A DNA stretch of 64,000 bases from Thainema sp. (lineage in GTDB: Bacteria; Cyanobacteriota; Cyanobacteriia; Phormidesmidales; Phormidesmidaceae), in assembly GCA_052168235.1 (NCBI GenBank), contig JBQLZK010000019.1, positions 33,955 to 97,954 on the forward strand, written 5' to 3'. The first letter of the stretch is position 1, and every line of letters starts with the position of its first letter. The translations under genes were made by a program, and so were the position numbers. The notes beneath the pieces were generated by a model, which saw only the letters and a list, made by a program, of their open reading frames with translations, did not search any database and was not told the origin of the DNA. This document shows positions 1-8,511 of the stretch, in pieces.

Positions 1-338
1 TTGAAGTTGTACAGATGCTCTTGGAAGCCGGAGCCGATCCAAATCGGCGCAGCCGTAGTGGCTGGACAGCAATGGACTGGGCTGCTTCTCGGGGACATGA
101 ACATATCTTGAGAACGCTAATGGAAGCAGGTGGACGCTATGAAGGATTACTGCCTCTGGAAGATGCATCTCCAAGTTGCTCCCCATTTAATCCAATTGAG
201 GTTGAAACAGTTAATGAACCTCCTGAGTATTCTCCATTCAGTCCAGTTGATGAAGCTGAAATAGATGAGGAAGCTCAGAACAGTGAATATTCGCCTTTTA
301 TATCCACCGACGATGCTGCTAATCCGGATATCGATTAG
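1..338 (+). CDS. Ankyrin-repeat protein, 3' end (5' partial), with an acidic low-complexity tail
   Basis: Ankyrin consensus EVVQMLLEAGADPN...GWTAMDWAASRGHEHILRTLMEAG; the frame is open to the window start. Confidence 0.75.
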   Translation, partial: EVVQMLLEAGADPNRRSRSGWTAMDWAASRGHEHILRTLMEAGGRYEGLLPLEDASPSCSPFNPIEVETVNEPPEYSPFSPVDEAEIDEEAQNSEYSPFISTDDAANPDID

Positions 339-356
339 CGCGATCGCACCTCTTGC

Positions 357-453
357 GTAGGGTGCGTTGCTGTTAAGCAAACGCACCATCAACCATCATT
401 GTTAAGAGTTATCAAAAATCGGTGCGTTACGGCTAATGCCTAACGCACCCTAC
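357..453. repeat. GTAG-type REP doublet (REPIN-like)
   Basis: GTAGGGTGCGTT...AACGCACC, spacer, GGTGCGTT...AACGCACCCTAC. Two hairpins in inverted arrangement, with HIP1 sites on both sides. Confidence 0.7.
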
Positions 454-523
454 AAGATCTGCGATCGCGCTGTGGATTTAATATAAATTCCTTATAGCAA
501 AACAAGTAACGGGTGCAGTTGCT

Positions 524-1171
524 ATGGACATATCGCAGTGGAAATCTTTTTTAAAGCAAGAGAGTCGTAGAGTTATCAATGTTTATAATCAGAGAGATAA
601 ATTCAGGAAAAAATCTGTATGGGAATATAATGAAATTCCATTAAATGCTGTTGAACTTCAATGGTTGGGTAACCCTGGAGCTTCTGAGGAACAAATTCGA
701 GTTGCTGAACAGCGCTTGAAGACCAATTTGCCACCTTCTTATCGAGATTTTCTAAGAGTAACAAATGGATGGGAAGGATGGAATTTTTGTGAGGGTGGAA
801 GCTTTTATTCTTCAGATGAAATAGTTTGGTTCTATCAGGATTATCAGGACGTTATTGACTTAAACATCAGATTTGAAGAAAGGTTTCCCGATGCTGTTGA
901 GTCGGATGACAGGAAATATTTTTCCTACGGTTCAGATCAATTTGCATACCGTGCTCGACATCTTCAACAATGCTTATTGATTAATGACCATAATAAAGTC
1001 GATAATGCACATATCTTACTAAATCCAAACGTTATTCATGATGATGAATGGGAGGCATGGGCTATGTTTGAAGGTGAAGTGAGAAGGTGGATATCTTTTG
1101 AAGTAATGTTTAAGGAGATCGGGGTTGCAGGAGAATGGCTTGAAGCTCTTCTTCAAGCTTCCCAATGTTAA
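524..1171 (+). CDS. SMI1/KNR4 (SUKH) family protein
   Basis: Motif PGASEEQIRVAEQRLKTNLPPSYRDFLRVTNGW; AT-rich gene. Confidence 0.85.
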   Translation: MDISQWKSFLKQESRRVINVYNQRDKFRKKSVWEYNEIPLNAVELQWLGNPGASEEQIRVAEQRLKTNLPPSYRDFLRVTNGWEGWNFCEGGSFYSSDEIVWFYQDYQDVIDLNIRFEERFPDAVESDDRKYFSYGSDQFAYRARHLQQCLLINDHNKVDNAHILLNPNVIHDDEWEAWAMFEGEVRRWISFEVMFKEIGVAGEWLEALLQASQC

Positions 1172-1353
1172 GACACTGTTCCATGAGCAAGTGCGCTCAG
1201 GGGCCAATGACAAACTGGGTCGTCGCACCCGTAGGATCAATCCAGAAGGTTATACCATCACTGCAAGCATACTAAAAATCATTGCCTTTTGAGGAGTCAT
1301 CCAGGAATACAGTAATATCGAGATCTATATGATCGCTAGATTCATCAAGCACT

Positions 1354-1920
1354 ATGGCATATCTCTGGTTTAAGTCATTTCACATTTTGGGCTTTGTGGC
1401 CTGGTTTGCGGGTTTGTTCTATCTACCTCGCTTGTTTGTCTATCACATTGAAGCAGAAGAACGGCCCGAACCGATCAAATCGGCTATCAAAGAAGAATAT
1501 ACCCGCATGGAAAGGCGGCTCTACAAGCTGATCATGACGCCAGCAATGATTTTCACCATCGTCATGGCCATCGGCATTATTTCCACTGAGCCTGCTGTCA
1601 TGAAAGAAACCTGGCTACACGCTAAGATATTTTTCGTTCTGCTCCTAATTGGATTTCACCACTACTGCGGTCGCCTGATTCGCAAACTAGAAGAGGGAAC
1701 CTGCTCTCTTAGCAGCCTGAGAATGCGGCAAATTAATGAAGTGCCAACGATTCTACTGTTCTTGGTGGTTCTGCTGGCGATCTTCAAAAATAGCTTGCCA
1801 ACTGACCTGGCAGCGTTGGGCACTGGGCTAGCCGTAATCGCGTTTGCCGTGATCATTCAACTTTACGCCCGCAAGCGCCGTTTGCAGAAGCAGCAGGAAG
1901 AATTAAGCGCTTCAAGCTAA
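1354..1920 (+). CDS. hemJ: Protoporphyrinogen oxidase HemJ
   Basis: YLWFKSFHILGFVAWFAGLFYLPRLFVYH, MERRLY, WLHAK and NEVPT motifs. Confidence 0.95.
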   Translation: MAYLWFKSFHILGFVAWFAGLFYLPRLFVYHIEAEERPEPIKSAIKEEYTRMERRLYKLIMTPAMIFTIVMAIGIISTEPAVMKETWLHAKIFFVLLLIGFHHYCGRLIRKLEEGTCSLSSLRMRQINEVPTILLFLVVLLAIFKNSLPTDLAALGTGLAVIAFAVIIQLYARKRRLQKQQEELSASS

Positions 1921-2027
1921 CCTCATCCATTCCTTACCTAAAGCCCAAGGAGCTTTCACTGTTGCGCTGCAACAAGATGCTGCTTGGGCTTTAGTGTTTT
2001 ATCCTGATGAAAAAAGTAGGATGAGTA

Positions 2028-3143
2028 GTGTCAGATTCTAAGCACGAGCCAATGGCGGAAACGCCAGATCCCCTAAACGAGCCAAATTCAGCCAGCTTGC
2101 AGAATGAGTATGGCCAAGTTCTAACTGCGGTGGTTGAGCTGCTCGAAGTTGCTCGGCGCACAGCCGCACGAACCGTCAACTCAATCATGACGGCTACATA
2201 CTGGGAAATTGGTCGTCGAATTGTTGAACTGGAGCAGGGTGGAGCTGAACGGGCAGAATATGGCGCGGCTCTGGTTGAGCAGCTGGCGGAAGACCTAACT
2301 GCCCGATTTGGTCGGGGGTTTCGTCGCAGCAATCTGTTCCAGATGCGAGCGTTTTATCAGGCTTATCCTCACGCAGTTGAGCGAACAGCCGCTGCGCCAA
2401 ATGAGATTATCCAGACGGTGTCTGGACAATTTCCCCTTACTTGGTCACACTATGTCAAGCTGCTATCAGTTAAGTCTAGCGAGGCCCGAGCGTTTTATGA
2501 AGCGGAGGCTCTGCGGCATGGTTGGTCGGTGCGCCAACTGGGACGGCAAATTTCAACCCAGTTCTATGAACGGACGCTGCTGTCGCGTAATAAAGCGGCG
2601 ATGTTATCCAAGACAGTGGCTGCGGTAGAAACGGATCTCACTCGCCCCGAAGACGAAATCCGTGACCCGTTTGTCTTGGAGTTTCTAGATCTGAAGGATG
2701 AATACTCCGAGAGTGATTTGGAAGATGCATTAATTACCCATATCGAACAGTTCCTGCTAGAACTGGGTAGCGATTTTGCGTTTCTGGGACGCCAGCGCCG
2801 CCTCCGAATTGGCGATCAGTGGTTTCGGATTGACCTGCTATTTTTCCATCGCCGCCTGCGCTGCTTGGTTGTGGTGGATCTGAAGCTGGGAGAGTTTAGC
2901 CATGCGGATGCAGGCCAAATGCATCTGTATCTCAACTATGCTCGCGAACACTGGATGTACCCGGAAGAGAACCCACCTGTTGGCCTGATCTTGTGCAACA
3001 AAAAGGATGAGGCCGTGGCGCACTATGCTCTGGAAGGATTAGCGAATAAAGTGATGGCAGCGGAGTATCAGATGATGCTGCCGGATGCTGATTTGCTGGC
3101 AGCGGAACTAGAGCGAACCCGTAAACGCTTGGAAGCTGGATAA
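2028..3143 (+). CDS. YhcG/DUF1016 PD-(D/E)xK nuclease-domain protein
   Basis: YWEIGRRIVE, WSHY, WSVRQL, DPFVLEFL, IDLLFFHRRLRCLVVVDLK, GQMHLYLNY. Confidence 0.92.
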   Translation: MSDSKHEPMAETPDPLNEPNSASLQNEYGQVLTAVVELLEVARRTAARTVNSIMTATYWEIGRRIVELEQGGAERAEYGAALVEQLAEDLTARFGRGFRRSNLFQMRAFYQAYPHAVERTAAAPNEIIQTVSGQFPLTWSHYVKLLSVKSSEARAFYEAEALRHGWSVRQLGRQISTQFYERTLLSRNKAAMLSKTVAAVETDLTRPEDEIRDPFVLEFLDLKDEYSESDLEDALITHIEQFLLELGSDFAFLGRQRRLRIGDQWFRIDLLFFHRRLRCLVVVDLKLGEFSHADAGQMHLYLNYAREHWMYPEENPPVGLILCNKKDEAVAHYALEGLANKVMAAEYQMMLPDADLLAAELERTRKRLEAG

Positions 3144-3229
3144 TCTGCCCTCAGGCACGGGCCGAGCCAAAGGCGCTAACGCTATAACGGTCAAGTATAA
3201 AGGCAAGGTAGGGGGTTGCTGAGGATTCT

Positions 3230-3964
3230 GTGGCGAACGTTTCGATCATTATTCCTGTTCTGAATGAGGCAAATTGTTTAGAGCGTACCCTGCGCCATGT
3301 GCAGATTCTGGCCCCGCCTGCGGCTGAAGTGATTGTCGTGGATGGCGGCAGTACAGATGCAACCGTGGCTATTGCAACCCAGCGTGGAGCGCAAGTTGCG
3401 ATCGCACCTCAAAAAGGTCGTGCTGCGCAGATGAATCTCGGAGCAGAGCTGGCGACTGGCGATATTCTCTGTTTTCTGCACGGGGATACGCTGGTTCCTG
3501 ACGACTTGGTACAGCTAGTAGACACCACCCTAGCTGATTCGGAGATTGCCTGCGGTGGCTTTATCTCAGTCATGGCTGGGGATCAGACCACACGCTGGGG
3601 GATCACGCTGCACAATAGTTTCAAAACCCATTATGCGCCACTGCTATTTCGGCCCCATCGCTATTTCCGGGATGGACTCCGACTGCTGTTTGGCGATCAG
3701 GTGATGTTTTGCCGACGGGTTGATTTCTGGGCCTGCGGCGGTTTTGATCCGGCTCTGCCGATTATGGAAGAAGCGGATTTGTGTTTAAAGTTAGCCCAGC
3801 GGGGACGGATCTGTCAGGTAAATCGGCTGGTGCAGTCCTCAGATCGGCGGGTGGCCCAGTGGGGAGCGATGAAAGCCAATTTGATTTACCTCGCGATTGG
3901 CTTTTTGTGGGGCATTGGTGTGCCTGCTGAGCGGTTGAAACAGTTCTATGAAGATGTGCGCTGA
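3230..3964 (+). CDS. TIGR04283-type GT2 glycosyltransferase (arsenosugar-associated family)
   Basis: SIIIPVLNEA, VVDGGSTD, GRAAQMNLGA, FLHGDT, FGDQ, PIMEE, SSDRR. Confidence 0.88.
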   Translation: MANVSIIIPVLNEANCLERTLRHVQILAPPAAEVIVVDGGSTDATVAIATQRGAQVAIAPQKGRAAQMNLGAELATGDILCFLHGDTLVPDDLVQLVDTTLADSEIACGGFISVMAGDQTTRWGITLHNSFKTHYAPLLFRPHRYFRDGLRLLFGDQVMFCRRVDFWACGGFDPALPIMEEADLCLKLAQRGRICQVNRLVQSSDRRVAQWGAMKANLIYLAIGFLWGIGVPAERLKQFYEDVR

Positions 3965-4644
3965 TTGAGGCTCCAACTGTAGGGCAGATAAGCGATTGGA
4001 GTTTTGCTGGGTAACTTGCCGCCAGCGTAGTAGCGATTGATGTAGGTCACGATTGAGCCTGCTGCCGCCAGAAAATCGGGCTGATACCATTTAAAGATTT
4101 TGCTACAGCGCAGGGTTTGGCTGGCCGCATCATAGCGTACTTTGTCTGGATCATTGATGAAGCGCTGGGCATCGTCGTCGAGCTGCTGGATCAGTCTGCC
4201 GGGAAAGTAGGCTTCCGCTCTTAGCAGGGGACAGCCGACGGAGGCGCATACGAGAGCAAAGTGAATCCGCGACTCTTGAAAGCGCGATCGCAGAATATTA
4301 TGCTCAATCGCGTTAAGGCTAAGCGACTGGCCGTTGAGGGTGTAAACCTTTTTGCTGAAGAACCACCAGAAGGCTAGCCAGTTGGGAATGCCGAGGATCG
4401 TGGGCCGAATCGAACGAATCGGGTACTGTTGCAGCACCTGCTGAATGGTCAGAGCGTTATAGAGATTGAGCAAAAGTGCGATCGCGCTTTCTCGATCGAG
4501 AGCTTGTAAATTCGTTTTTTGTACGCTGGCTAGCCACTGGTCAAGTTTTTGCGCCGATTCTTGTTGCCAACGAGCGTAATCAACCTGGCCTTGGTCGTTA
4601 ACATATTCCTGTAGCATGTCATTCCAGGGGGTGAAGTCGATCAT
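3946..4644 (-). CDS. DUF547 domain protein
   Basis: VDY, LNLYNALTI, SLNAIEHNILR, RIHFALVCASVGCP, SKIFKWY, YSWSLN. Likely start is MIDFTPW at 4644 (ORF track gives 4713). Confidence 0.88.
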   Translation of the reverse strand: MIDFTPWNDMLQEYVNDQGQVDYARWQQESAQKLDQWLASVQKTNLQALDRESAIALLLNLYNALTIQQVLQQYPIRSIRPTILGIPNWLAFWWFFSKKVYTLNGQSLSLNAIEHNILRSRFQESRIHFALVCASVGCPLLRAEAYFPGRLIQQLDDDAQRFINDPDKVRYDAASQTLRCSKIFKWYQPDFLAAAGSIVTYINRYYAGGKLPSKTPIAYLPYSWSLNQRTSS

Positions 4645-5119
4645 GGTATTGGTTTCCCAGTTTTTCATCCTAAAACCATTTCGCGCTATAGCCTGGAGCT
4701 TCGTCAAGGGCATGGTGCAACGCCAGTTTCCTCAGGTGCAGAGCATTTCTACGACCAAGTTGGCCAACTGGCGGCTGGACGAACTGCCGCCGCCCGTATT
4801 AATTGATGTGCGCCAGGAGGAAGAATATGCCGTCAGTCACCTGCCCGGTGCTTCCCATTTACCGACTGTTGAGGCAATCCAGCAGGCGGACATTCCTACC
4901 GATGCAACTCTGGTTTTGTACTGTTCTGTAGGCTACCGTTCAGCTCGACTGGCGGAAAAGCTGCAAGCAATGGGCTACAAGAATGTGATGAATCTAGAGG
5001 GCTCGATTTTTGAATGGTACAACCAGGGTCATCCGGTGGTGGCAGACGGTAGCACCCCTGTGCAGCGAGTTCATCACTACAATCGCATCTGGGGACTGCT
5101 GCTAGATGCGCCAGAGTAG
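4643..5119 (+). CDS. Rhodanese-like domain protein
   Basis: LIDVRQEEEYAVSHLPGA, YCSVGYRS, NLEGSIFEW. Start uncertain (4616, 4643 or 4712). Confidence 0.88.
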   Translation: MVLVSQFFILKPFRAIAWSFVKGMVQRQFPQVQSISTTKLANWRLDELPPPVLIDVRQEEEYAVSHLPGASHLPTVEAIQQADIPTDATLVLYCSVGYRSARLAEKLQAMGYKNVMNLEGSIFEWYNQGHPVVADGSTPVQRVHHYNRIWGLLLDAPE

Positions 5120-5730
5120 GCAGTCCACAGCGGCAAATCTTCGGGTCGGTCAATGTCGGGCAGCGGATTGAGCAGTGCGACCGAGAGGCGGTGACGATTT
5201 GCGATCGCAAGGGTCTGCTGTAACACACAGCTTTTTCCCCAGCTAATGGTCTCAAATAGCTTAGGTTGTGGGGTTTTCAGCCCTACAAGGTAGTAGCCAC
5301 CGTCTTCAGCCGGACCTAGGACGACATCGTGGCTGTTGAGCTGAGTGAGAGCCTGGGTAATTTGCCAACCACCGATGCCGGGGCAATCGCTGCCAACCAT
5401 GAGTACGCGCCGCAGTCCAGACGCAAATCCCCGCTCAAAAGCATAATTCAGTTTTCGCCCCAGATCGCCGTCACACTGGGGCTGAAGTGATACCTGAGAT
5501 CCCAGCCAATCGGCCATTTGCGTGAGCGTGCCGTCAGCAAAATGAACTTCTAGAGCCAGCTGATGATTACGGCAAACCCTTTGGAACCGTGCTAACAAAT
5601 ATTCTGTCATCTGTCGCTGGAACTGCGCGGCTCCCTCTGGCCCCAAGACCGGAATGAGTCGGGTCTTGGCTCGACCTGGCTGGGGAAAGCGAGTCACCAT
5701 AAACAGCCCAGCTTCAGTAGTGGCTCCCAT
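5077..5730 (-). CDS. TIGR04282-type glycosyltransferase-like protein (DUF2064)
   Basis: TRFPQPGRAKTRL, GDLG, GSDCP, VLGPAEDGGYYLVG, DIDRPEDL. Confidence 0.9.
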   Translation of the reverse strand: MGATTEAGLFMVTRFPQPGRAKTRLIPVLGPEGAAQFQRQMTEYLLARFQRVCRNHQLALEVHFADGTLTQMADWLGSQVSLQPQCDGDLGRKLNYAFERGFASGLRRVLMVGSDCPGIGGWQITQALTQLNSHDVVLGPAEDGGYYLVGLKTPQPKLFETISWGKSCVLQQTLAIANRHRLSVALLNPLPDIDRPEDLPLWTAYSGASSSSPQMRL

Positions 5731-5842
5731 ACCGATGAATACTCAAAGCGTTAACGTCCTCTTTAAGGTAAATTTTTGAGGCAAATTAACTGTGAGTCTA
5801 AAGGCTGAGCTGAGATTGATATCAGCCTTTAGATATAGGCAT

Positions 5843-5932
5843 TAGATTTTATTGGAAATAAAGTTTTTGGGGTTGGAAATTGTTTTGTAGCACGGCGGAG
5901 CCGCGCTACAAAACAATTTCCGATAAAGTCTA
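5843..5932. mobile_element. About 90 bp MITE-like element, copy 1
   Basis: Termini TAGATTTTATTGGAAAT / ATTTCCGATAAAGTCTA with an internal hairpin. A near-identical inverted copy lies at 59017-59107. Confidence 0.75.
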
Positions 5933-5945
5933 TTGAGTCACTAAG

Positions 5946-7097
5946 CTATCCTCGGGTGATTGTTGAAAAATTATCAAACCATCCCCGTCGCCAGAAGAAA
6001 TAGACCATGCCTACAGCAATGCCAATCATGACGATCCAAACGGCTGGATAGCCCCAATACCAGTTCAGTTCCGGCATATTGAAAGGGGAAGCATCGGGAT
6101 TAAAGTTCATGCCGTAAATACCCGCCACAAACGTCAGCGGAATAAAAATTGTTGAAATTACCGTCAAGGTTTTCATCACCTCGTTCATTTTGTTGCTGAC
6201 CGACGAGAGATAGACATCCATCAAGCTGGATGCTAGTTCACGATAGGTTTCCAGCATGTCCAATGCTTGCACCACATGTTCATAACAGTCGCGCAGGTAA
6301 ACTTTTACAGCGGGACTAACCAGAGTACAGTCATCTCGCAGCAGGGCAGAGATGGCTTCTCGCTGCGGCCAGATCGATCGTCGCAGCGACAGCAGCTCTC
6401 GCTTCAGTTGATGAATTTCAGTCAGCGTCTTGTTAGTCGGTGCGCTGGTAACTTCTGCTTCTAGGTCTTCAATTCGTTCACCGTAGGATTCCAATACTGG
6501 AAAGATGCCGTCCACAATTGCATCAATTAAGGCATACAGCAGATAGTCAGCTTGGCGCTGTCGGATAATTCCTTTATTCAGCCGAATGCGATCGCGGATA
6601 GGTTCGAAGCAGTCATACTGAGGTTCTTCCTGCACCGTAAGCAGATAGTTAGAGCCGAGAACAAAGCTCACCTGCTCATTCAAAAAGCAAGGCTGGTCAG
6701 GTATCATCATCACCATGTGCAGCACCGTAACTAGCTGATCCCTGTAGTCCTCGGATTTTGGACGCTGCGGTACGTTAACAACATCTTCTAGAACGACAGG
6801 ATGTAAACTAAAAACCTGCCCAATCCGCCGCCAAGTATCTTCTTGGCCCAGACCATCAATGTTGATCCAGGAAACCGATTCCGTATCTAAGTGAGCAGCA
6901 CAGTCTTCGGGATCTGCGATCGCTAATCGGATGGCGTTATCCAAGTTATAGTCAATTAAAACAATCTTCGGTGGGCTAGCACCCGCTTTAATTTGCAACG
7001 TACCGGGCATACTACCCGGCTGGTCGTAGGTATAGTCAACGTAGCTGCGCTTTGCCGGACTAATGCGCCGATAAATTTTTCTGCCCAAATTAGCCAT
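5946..7097 (-). CDS. corA: Magnesium/cobalt transporter CorA
   Basis: WINIDGL, LHPVVLEDVVNVPQRPK, MNEVMKTLT, GIYGMNF, MPEL. Confidence 0.95.
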   Translation of the reverse strand: MANLGRKIYRRISPAKRSYVDYTYDQPGSMPGTLQIKAGASPPKIVLIDYNLDNAIRLAIADPEDCAAHLDTESVSWINIDGLGQEDTWRRIGQVFSLHPVVLEDVVNVPQRPKSEDYRDQLVTVLHMVMMIPDQPCFLNEQVSFVLGSNYLLTVQEEPQYDCFEPIRDRIRLNKGIIRQRQADYLLYALIDAIVDGIFPVLESYGERIEDLEAEVTSAPTNKTLTEIHQLKRELLSLRRSIWPQREAISALLRDDCTLVSPAVKVYLRDCYEHVVQALDMLETYRELASSLMDVYLSSVSNKMNEVMKTLTVISTIFIPLTFVAGIYGMNFNPDASPFNMPELNWYWGYPAVWIVMIGIAVGMVYFFWRRGWFDNFSTITRG

Positions 7098-7497
7098 ATA
7101 TGTTCTCCGTAATTGCGTTCTCCGGGGTTGCTGATCTGATCATCTTGCACGTTGTCTCAGAGCGCCATATTGTGTAGCAACAAGCAGCCACAATATAGCG
7201 CTCTGGGTTGACGCACAGCTGGAGAAGCACTAATCCAACCATTCCACAGCGTAGTGATTGCCCACTTGATTGCCGATCAGGAGTGGCAGCCTGTGGTGAA
7301 GATGGACGGGGAACATTGTCTCGACCGGGGAAGCTCTGTGATTCAGCAGATGATGGAACAAATCCCCTTACTAGTTAAAGCCGGTAGTCTTTGGCCGATG
7401 ACAGAGGACAATTGGCCGACCCTACATGTCTACCCACAACCGTTCAAGCAGCAGAATTCAGAGGCAACCTGCCAAGTGTATCCAACGGCTACAGAGC

Positions 7498-8274
7498 CTA
7501 GCTCACGGCCCGCATCCGCTTTACGTTCCCGCCTATTATGCCTACTGCAACCAAACCCAAAATAGCGGCAGGTTCAGGCACATCTTCGGTGACAATGCTC
7601 AATCTATTGATGCCCAAAGCAGCCTGTGGCACAGAAGAATATAAAACCAGCTTGGCAATATCGGCTTGATCGCTACGAACACCAAAGAACGCGGCAGAGT
7701 TATCAAGATCAAGGGAAGATGTGCCAGGGGTTTCGAATGAGGCGATTAGGTTCCCCAATGGATCGAACGCTTCGATAAAACCCGTAAAGGTAAACGCATC
7801 ATCCACAGCTAATTGAGTGCCTGCACCAAAAACAGGCGTATCGAATAGGATAGTCAACGGCCCCGGATTGCCAATCGCCGGAAAAACAGGACTCGGATCA
7901 AACCCGGTAAATAGAATAAAATCCCCTGGGGCAAAATTAGTCGGAATACCGCTCGGAATGGGATTCGTCACAAATACAAATGGTGGCGTAATACTGGCCG
8001 TGCTGGGCTGAGGAATATCAACATTAATGCCTAATCCATTCTCTGATGTAGCGGCAAAACTACTCGGCAAAAAGGCAGTGGGATCGGGCGCAAATGGATT
8101 GAACACTTTGCCCAGACTGGCCCAATCAACCTGATCGTTGCCACCCAAAGCTGAGCGTTCGGTGATAAAAGTAGCCGCATCTGCTGGAAGAGAAGCTGTT
8201 AATAGAGCCGTACAAGCGGCCCCGGTGACTAAAAAGATTTTAGAAATGCGATCGCAACATTGTTTATTTAACAT
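7498..8274 (-). CDS. PEP-CTERM sorting domain protein
   Basis: Signal peptide ending ADA/AT; C-terminal VPEPAAILGLVAVG plus a basic tail. Confidence 0.85.
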   Translation of the reverse strand: MLNKQCCDRISKIFLVTGAACTALLTASLPADAATFITERSALGGNDQVDWASLGKVFNPFAPDPTAFLPSSFAATSENGLGINVDIPQPSTASITPPFVFVTNPIPSGIPTNFAPGDFILFTGFDPSPVFPAIGNPGPLTILFDTPVFGAGTQLAVDDAFTFTGFIEAFDPLGNLIASFETPGTSSLDLDNSAAFFGVRSDQADIAKLVLYSSVPQAALGINRLSIVTEDVPEPAAILGLVAVGIIGGNVKRMRAVS

Positions 8275-8442
8275 TTGAATATAGGTTTAATAAAGATTCG
8301 TTTTTCAAATTGTTTGCACCCAAATATATAAGGTCACACTACCTAAGACGAGCAGGCCATAATCAGAGTTTTCACAAACTGTAAGTAAATATTCTTATCC
8401 CGTTCGCTCAGCACTTATAGTGATTCCAGTTAAGAGTGAGAA

Positions 8443-8489
8443 AACGAAAGAGCAGAGTGCCTCATCCTAAGGCACTCTGCTCTTTCGTT
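8443..8489 (-). terminator. 20-bp-stem hairpin downstream of the CocE operon
   Basis: AACGAAAGAGCAGAGTGCCT-catccta-AGGCACTCTGCTCTTTCGTT. Confidence 0.65.
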
Positions 8490-8511
8490 CTTATCTAGAA
8501 CCGCTATAGCA

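Noticed and set aside
2028..3143. YhcG nuclease as a marker of an integrated element
   Set aside because: No integrase, att-like repeats or restriction-modification genes nearby; it appears to be a solitary gene.
7254..7565. 103-aa ORF upstream of corA and a hairpin at about 7158-7204
   Set aside because: No recognisable motif, and it overlaps the PEP-CTERM gene end. The hairpin does not match any riboswitch I can recognise.
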